Below are positions 59,251-64,000 of a stretch of 64,000 bases of DNA, piece after piece. How positions within the stretch are numbered: position 1 is the first letter of the stretch; each line of letters opens with the position of its first letter. The notes beneath the pieces are model-generated. The model ran no database searches, was not told where the DNA came from, and saw nothing but the letters and a program-made list of their open reading frames with translations. Origin of the DNA: Terriglobia bacterium (lineage in GTDB: Bacteria > Acidobacteriota > Terriglobia > 20CM-2-55-15). The position numbers and the translations under genes were made by a program. Where the stretch lies: the NCBI GenBank assembly GCA_965218585.1, contig CBDCLE010000022.1:1-64000 (forward strand), written 5' to 3'.

Positions 59251-61616
59251 TACTCTCTCGTCTTCAGGACTCCGACCAGATCCAGCCGGTTCAGCCGGCG
59301 CCGGACGACGAGGCACGATACGATCGCCGAAACGATCACCCCGGCGGCGGCTGTAGCAAACGTTCGGGTCCCGACGACCAGCGGGAGCCGGTAGAGTTCG
59401 GTGTTGCCCACGGTAGCGACCGTCAGAGCCGCGAGCCCGTACCCGATCACGAGGCCCAGCGGTATGGCGATGGCCGTCAGAATCGCGAACTCTCCTAATA
59501 GGATGTACGAAATTTCTCCCCTTGTGAAGCCCATCACGCGCAGGCTGGCCAGTTCCCAGCCCCGTTCGGAAAGCGATATCCGGGCCGCGTTGTAGATCAC
59601 ACCGATCGCTATGATGCTGGAGAAGATCTGGTTGAAGAAAACGATCAGGCCCATATTCTGTTCGATCGTGTCTTTGAAGCTCTGTATGGCCGCGTCCTTG
59701 AGGGCGACGACGACGACGGCGGGTGTCGCCTTTAAGCGGGAGTAGAGTCCATCGAGACCCGCGGAATCGATCTGAATATAGGCGCCCGAGAGCACCTGTC
59801 CTTCCCGCATCAATCGTCGCAGCGCCCCGATTTCCATGTAAGCGGAAGTTCCCATGAATTCATCGACCACTTCGGTCACGACCACGTCACGGACCGGCCT
59901 TCCTCCCTCCATGACCTCCATCTGCAGGGTATCGCCCTGGGCTGCGCCAAGGATCTGGGCCAGCGTCGTCGACAGAACGAGCCCCTCGGGCGGCAGAAGA
60001 ATCTGTTCCAGATCCGAACCGATGACGCGATTGAGTTCGGCCCCTTCCGTCAGGCCGGTGATGGCGGTTTGACGCACACGATGCTCGAACCTGAGCCGGG
60101 CGGGGACCGACCGCATCGGTTCCAGATTCATGACGCCGTCCAGGCTGGCCAACTCGTAGAGGGCCCCGGGCGAAGCCGGTTCCACGAAAGACACGGCCAG
60201 ATCGTGGCGCTGGGCGATGTTGAACTGAACGTTCATCGCATACGACATCGCGTCCAGAAAGAACATGCCGACGATCATCATGGCCGCACCGAACGCGATG
60301 CCGATGCTCGTTAACGCTGACCGGATGGGCCGGCGCGAGATGTTCCGGATGATCATCCGCGTGGCCGGAGCAACCCATCTTCCAAGGAAGACACGCTCGA
60401 TCCAGCTTACGCGATAGCGTGTCGGAGCCTCGGGTCGCATGGCTTCAGCCGGGGGCAGGTTGACCGCCTCCCTCACGGCGCCTCGTGCTCCAAGCAGTGC
60501 TGAGGTAAGGCTCACAAGTACAGCCACCGCGATAACATTGGGTGAAATCTGAAACTCCAGAATAGGGAAGCGGAAGAATTCGTTGTAGAGCACCAGCATG
60601 CTGGATGCCAGCCACGTCCCGGCCGCCAGACCGAGGGCGATCCCGATTGACGCGACTAGAAGGCTCCACTGGTAGTAGTGCAGACCGACTTCAAAGTTCG
60701 TGTATCCCAGTGCCTTCAGGGCCGCGATCTGCTCGCGCTGGACTGCAACAATGCGGCTCAGCACGACGTTGAGGAGAAACGCGGCCACAGCGAGAAATAT
60801 GATCGGTATGATCGTGCCGAAACTCTGGAGCTGGGTCAGTTCGTTGTTCAAATACCAGTGCGACAGTTGGAGCGAGCGCGGAATCGCACCCAATCCGCCG
60901 TAACGTTCCAGAATTCTGTCCAGAGCGGCGATCGCGTCATCTTCGGAAGCGCCCGCCATCATCCTCAGGGCGACGTCGTTGAAACCGCCCTCCATGTCGA
61001 AAGCAGCGGCCAGTTCCTGGCGGTTCATCCAGAGGATGCCGTAGCGTGCGTCGTCGGGCATGATATCGCCCGGCCGGATCGTGTAAAGAAACTCCGGGGA
61101 GAGCGCGATGCCTGAGATTTCCAGAGACCTGCAGCGTCCGTTGATGACCGCTCGGATCTCATCGCCCGGTTCGAGGTCGTGGGCGAGTGCGAATCCTTCG
61201 TTTACAAGGATCTCGTTCCGCCGTGTGGCGTCGGGGTAACGTCCGAGCCGGAGGAAGACGTCGTTCAGTGTGGCCCGCTGACGCGCGGGAATCGAAACCA
61301 GACGAGCGATGGCGGGCTCGGCCATGCCTTCCATGTCGAGCGTGACGCTCGCGCTGACGCGCAACTCCGCGTCGGCGACTCCCGGAATCTGTCGGATCCG
61401 GTCTTCCAGATACAGCGGCGCCCGCTTGAGTGACGCGAAAACGTCTGCGAATCGATACTGATCGTAGTAGGCCGATTGCGTCAGTCGAAGAGAATCGAAC
61501 GTGCCCAGGTACATCACATACACGCACACCGCTGCTGCGATCACCAGGCTGATAGCCAGTACCTGGCCCTTGATGTTCCAGAGGTCCCGAATCAGTTTGC
61601 GGTTGATGGCTCGCAC
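59250..61616 (-). CDS. Duplicated FtsX/MacB-type ABC permease
   Basis: [12 protein letters not shown] and [10 protein letters not shown] in two repeated halves. Confidence 0.9.
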   Translation of the reverse strand: MRAINRKLIRDLWNIKGQVLAISLVIAAAVCVYVMYLGTFDSLRLTQSAYYDQYRFADVFASLKRAPLYLEDRIRQIPGVADAELRVSASVTLDMEGMAEPAIARLVSIPARQRATLNDVFLRLGRYPDATRRNEILVNEGFALAHDLEPGDEIRAVINGRCRSLEISGIALSPEFLYTIRPGDIMPDDARYGILWMNRQELAAAFDMEGGFNDVALRMMAGASEDDAIAALDRILERYGGLGAIPRSLQLSHWYLNNELTQLQSFGTIIPIIFLAVAAFLLNVVLSRIVAVQREQIAALKALGYTNFEVGLHYYQWSLLVASIGIALGLAAGTWLASSMLVLYNEFFRFPILEFQISPNVIAVAVLVSLTSALLGARGAVREAVNLPPAEAMRPEAPTRYRVSWIERVFLGRWVAPATRMIIRNISRRPIRSALTSIGIAFGAAMMIVGMFFLDAMSYAMNVQFNIAQRHDLAVSFVEPASPGALYELASLDGVMNLEPMRSVPARLRFEHRVRQTAITGLTEGAELNRVIGSDLEQILLPPEGLVLSTTLAQILGAAQGDTLQMEVMEGGRPVRDVVVTEVVDEFMGTSAYMEIGALRRLMREGQVLSGAYIQIDSAGLDGLYSRLKATPAVVVVALKDAAIQSFKDTIEQNMGLIVFFNQIFSSIIAIGVIYNAARISLSERGWELASLRVMGFTRGEISYILLGEFAILTAIAIPLGLVIGYGLAALTVATVGNTELYRLPLVVGTRTFATAAAGVIVSAIVSCLVVRRRLNRLDLVGVLKTRE

Positions 61617-61621
61617 GGTTC

Positions 61622-62374
61622 TTACCAGCTCAATTCAGATGGCATCTGCCTGGTTTCATTCTCGCGGATGTCGCTGATCCTTCCGTCTGCCAGAAAGACG
61701 ACGCGATCGGCAATGTCGGCGATGGCGGCGTTGTGAGTAATGACGGCTGTGGTGGTGCCCAACTCGCGGTTCACGCGGGCGATGGCTTCCAGGACGACGA
61801 TGCCTGTCTTGATGTCGAGAGCCCCGGTCGGTTCGTCACACAGCAGGACATCGGGACCCTTGGCAATAGCGCGGGCGATGGCAACCCGCTGTTGTTCTCC
61901 ACCGGAGAGTTGAGAGGGGAAGTGGTCGGCCCGGTCGGCGAGATCTACGCGTTGGAGAGCCTCTTCGGGCGTCAGAGGGTCTTCTCCGATGTCGGTGACC
62001 AGGGCGACGTTTTCCTTCGCTGTCAGGCTGGGGATCAGGTTGTAGAACTGAAAAACGAAACCGACGTGGCGCCGCCGGTAGTCTGTCAACTTGCCCTCTC
62101 CGGCAGTGGTCAGGTTGCGCTCCCTGTAGATGACCTCGCCCGCGGTGGGAACGTCCAGCCCACCGAGAATGTTCAGCAGCGTGGATTTTCCACTGCCCGA
62201 GGGCCCGAGCAACACGATGAATTCGGATTCGTAGAGAGAAAGATCGATGCCCCTGAGGGCGTGGACCTCGACGTCACCCATGGGGTAGACCTTCGTGACG
62301 TCCCGGGTCTGGAAAACGACGTCGGGCCGAGCGTCGGCGGGATCCAATTCGACCGTGTGTGGTTGGCGGCTCAT
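61622..62374 (-). CDS. ABC ATP-binding protein (LolD/MacB type)
   Basis: [16 protein letters not shown] and CDEPT motifs. Confidence 0.93.
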   Translation of the reverse strand: MSRQPHTVELDPADARPDVVFQTRDVTKVYPMGDVEVHALRGIDLSLYESEFIVLLGPSGSGKSTLLNILGGLDVPTAGEVIYRERNLTTAGEGKLTDYRRRHVGFVFQFYNLIPSLTAKENVALVTDIGEDPLTPEEALQRVDLADRADHFPSQLSGGEQQRVAIARAIAKGPDVLLCDEPTGALDIKTGIVVLEAIARVNRELGTTTAVITHNAAIADIADRVVFLADGRISDIRENETRQMPSELSW

Positions 62375-62453
62375 CAGTAGCGTCCTCTACCTTAGAGTAC
62401 CCGCGTTTCGTCACCCAGAACAAGAGCCTGCAGGTGCGCACAAACACAGGGAC

Positions 62454-62472
62454 GTGCGGTCATAGACCGCAC
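62454..62472 (-). terminator. Short hairpin right after the copA stop
   Basis: gtgcggtc-ata-gaccgcac, an 8-bp perfect stem with no U-tract. Confidence 0.35.
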
Positions 62473-64000
62473 CTACAGGGTCAATCGCCTGAGACGCAAC
62501 GCGTTGGTAATGACCGACACCGAACTGAAAGTCATCGCGGCGCTTGCAATGATGGGGCTCAGGAGAATTCCGAAGAACGGGTACAGCGCACCGGCGGCGA
62601 CGGGAACACCGAGGGAGTTGTAAATGAAGGCAAAGAAAAGATTCTGCCGGATGTTACCCATCGTGCCGCGGCTGAGTCGCCGGGCACGGACGATACCTTT
62701 GAGGTCGCCCTTGATCAGAGTGACATCGGCATTCTCTATGGCGACATCGGTTCCGTGGCCCATCGCAATGCCGACGTTTGCCTGGGCCAGGGCCGGAGCA
62801 TCGTTGATTCCGTCTCCAGCCATTGCGACGATGCTTCCTGATCCCTGCAACCCCCGAACGGTTTGGTGCTTCATTTCGGGGAGGACTTCAGCCCGTACAT
62901 CTTCGATGCCGAGTTTTCGACCCACGGCTTCGGCTGTGGCCTGACTGTCGCCGGTCAGCATGACGACCTTCACGCCTTCCTCGCTCAGGGAACGGATGGC
63001 ATCCTCTGTCGTTTCTTTGATGGGATCGGCAACAGCGATCAGGCCCGCCGGGACGTTGTCCACGGCGAGAAGAACAACCGTAGATCCATTCTTGCGAAGA
63101 GGTGCCGCATCTGCGGGCAAAGATCCAGGATCGATGTTTCGGTTCTCGAGCAGCGTGGAATTTCCCAGAGTGACGTTATATTGGCCGGCGACACCGATGA
63201 CACCTTTGCCCGTAACGGATCGGAACTTTTCGGCAGGTTTGAAGTCCAGGCCGCGCTTGCGTGCTTCCGACACGATGGCGTCCGCCAGCGGATGCTCGCT
63301 GACCGACTCGATGCTTGCGGCTATCTCGAGTACCTGGTTTTCCGTCCATGGAGGGACGGCCCGGACTGCTTCAACGCGCGGTTTGCCTTCCGTTAGAGTT
63401 CCGGTTTTATCGACGACGAGCGTGTCGACTTTCTCCAGAACTTCGAGCACCTCGGCGTTCTTTATCAGAACACCTGCAGTGGCTCCCCGCCCGGTACCGA
63501 CCATGATCGACATCGGTGTCGCCAGACCCAGTGCGCATGGGCACGCGATGATGAGCACGGCGATCGCGTTGACCAAGGCGAACGCCATCTTCGGGTCGGG
63601 CCCGATCAAGGCCCAGATCACAAACGTCCCGACAGCGATCATTACGACAGCGGGAACAAAATAACCCGCCACCACGTCGGCGAGGCGTTGGATGGGGGCC
63701 CGGCTGCGCTGCGCTTCACTGACCATCTTTACGATCTGCGCCAGCATGGTGTCCCGGCTGACCTTTTCAGCAAACATTACGAAGGTGCCCGTGCCGTTGA
63801 CCGTTCCGCCTGTGACCGGCGAATCGGTTTCCTTCTCTATCGGGACGGGTTCTCCAGTGATCATCGATTCATCGACACTCGACCGTCCTTCTTCGATTCG
63901 GCCGTCGACCGGGATCTTTTCTCCCGGCCGCACGCGGAGGCGGTCACCGACATGAACCTGATCCAGAGGAATGTCTTCCTCTACCCCCCGGTCTCCCAGC
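62473..64000 (-). CDS. copA: Cu(I)-translocating P1B-type ATPase (5' end outside the window)
   Basis: [31 protein letters not shown] and MTFSS motifs. Confidence 0.9.
   Translation of the reverse strand, partial: LGDRGVEEDIPLDQVHVGDRLRVRPGEKIPVDGRIEEGRSSVDESMITGEPVPIEKETDSPVTGGTVNGTGTFVMFAEKVSRDTMLAQIVKMVSEAQRSRAPIQRLADVVAGYFVPAVVMIAVGTFVIWALIGPDPKMAFALVNAIAVLIIACPCALGLATPMSIMVGTGRGATAGVLIKNAEVLEVLEKVDTLVVDKTGTLTEGKPRVEAVRAVPPWTENQVLEIAASIESVSEHPLADAIVSEARKRGLDFKPAEKFRSVTGKGVIGVAGQYNVTLGNSTLLENRNIDPGSLPADAAPLRKNGSTVVLLAVDNVPAGLIAVADPIKETTEDAIRSLSEEGVKVVMLTGDSQATAEAVGRKLGIEDVRAEVLPEMKHQTVRGLQGSGSIVAMAGDGINDAPALAQANVGIAMGHGTDVAIENADVTLIKGDLKGIVRARRLSRGTMGNIRQNLFFAFIYNSLGVPVAAGALYPFFGILLSPIIASAAMTFSSVSVITNALRLRRLTL

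Overview
GC-rich bacterial window. Gene content suggests Acidobacteriota: PadR plus ADOP-type duplicated ABC permease, an ECF sigma/FecR-type anti-sigma/double-ABC operon, DUF6152/DUF6644-like proteins and NHL and TolB-like propellers (inference). It carries seven insertion sequences: three near-identical IS701-family copies, plus IS1182 (nested in IS701), IS1380, IS21 and IS256. Several genes are broken: amidohydrolase, tctA, a VOC gene, istA, the ADOP permease, the anti-sigma factor, an ABC permease and kynureninase. The clearest structural signal is a 6-kb inversion (13613-19630) between two oppositely oriented IS701 copies. It split one amidohydrolase gene into halves on opposite strands, and its 4-bp target duplication GTAG is shared between the two copies. 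Undoing it restores a putative aromatic-catabolism operon: O-methyltransferase, FAD monooxygenase, amidohydrolase, MATE, rhodanese fusion, gentisate-type dioxygenase. Other candidates are a recurring secreted module with N-terminal His-His small proteins, a rhodanese fused to an uncharacterised SGCSID domain, a hidden frameshifted CxxC tail on the IS701 transposase, and two MITE/REP-like palindromic elements. No rRNA, tRNA or CRISPR array was recognised. All family assignments come from motif recognition by eye; no searches were run.
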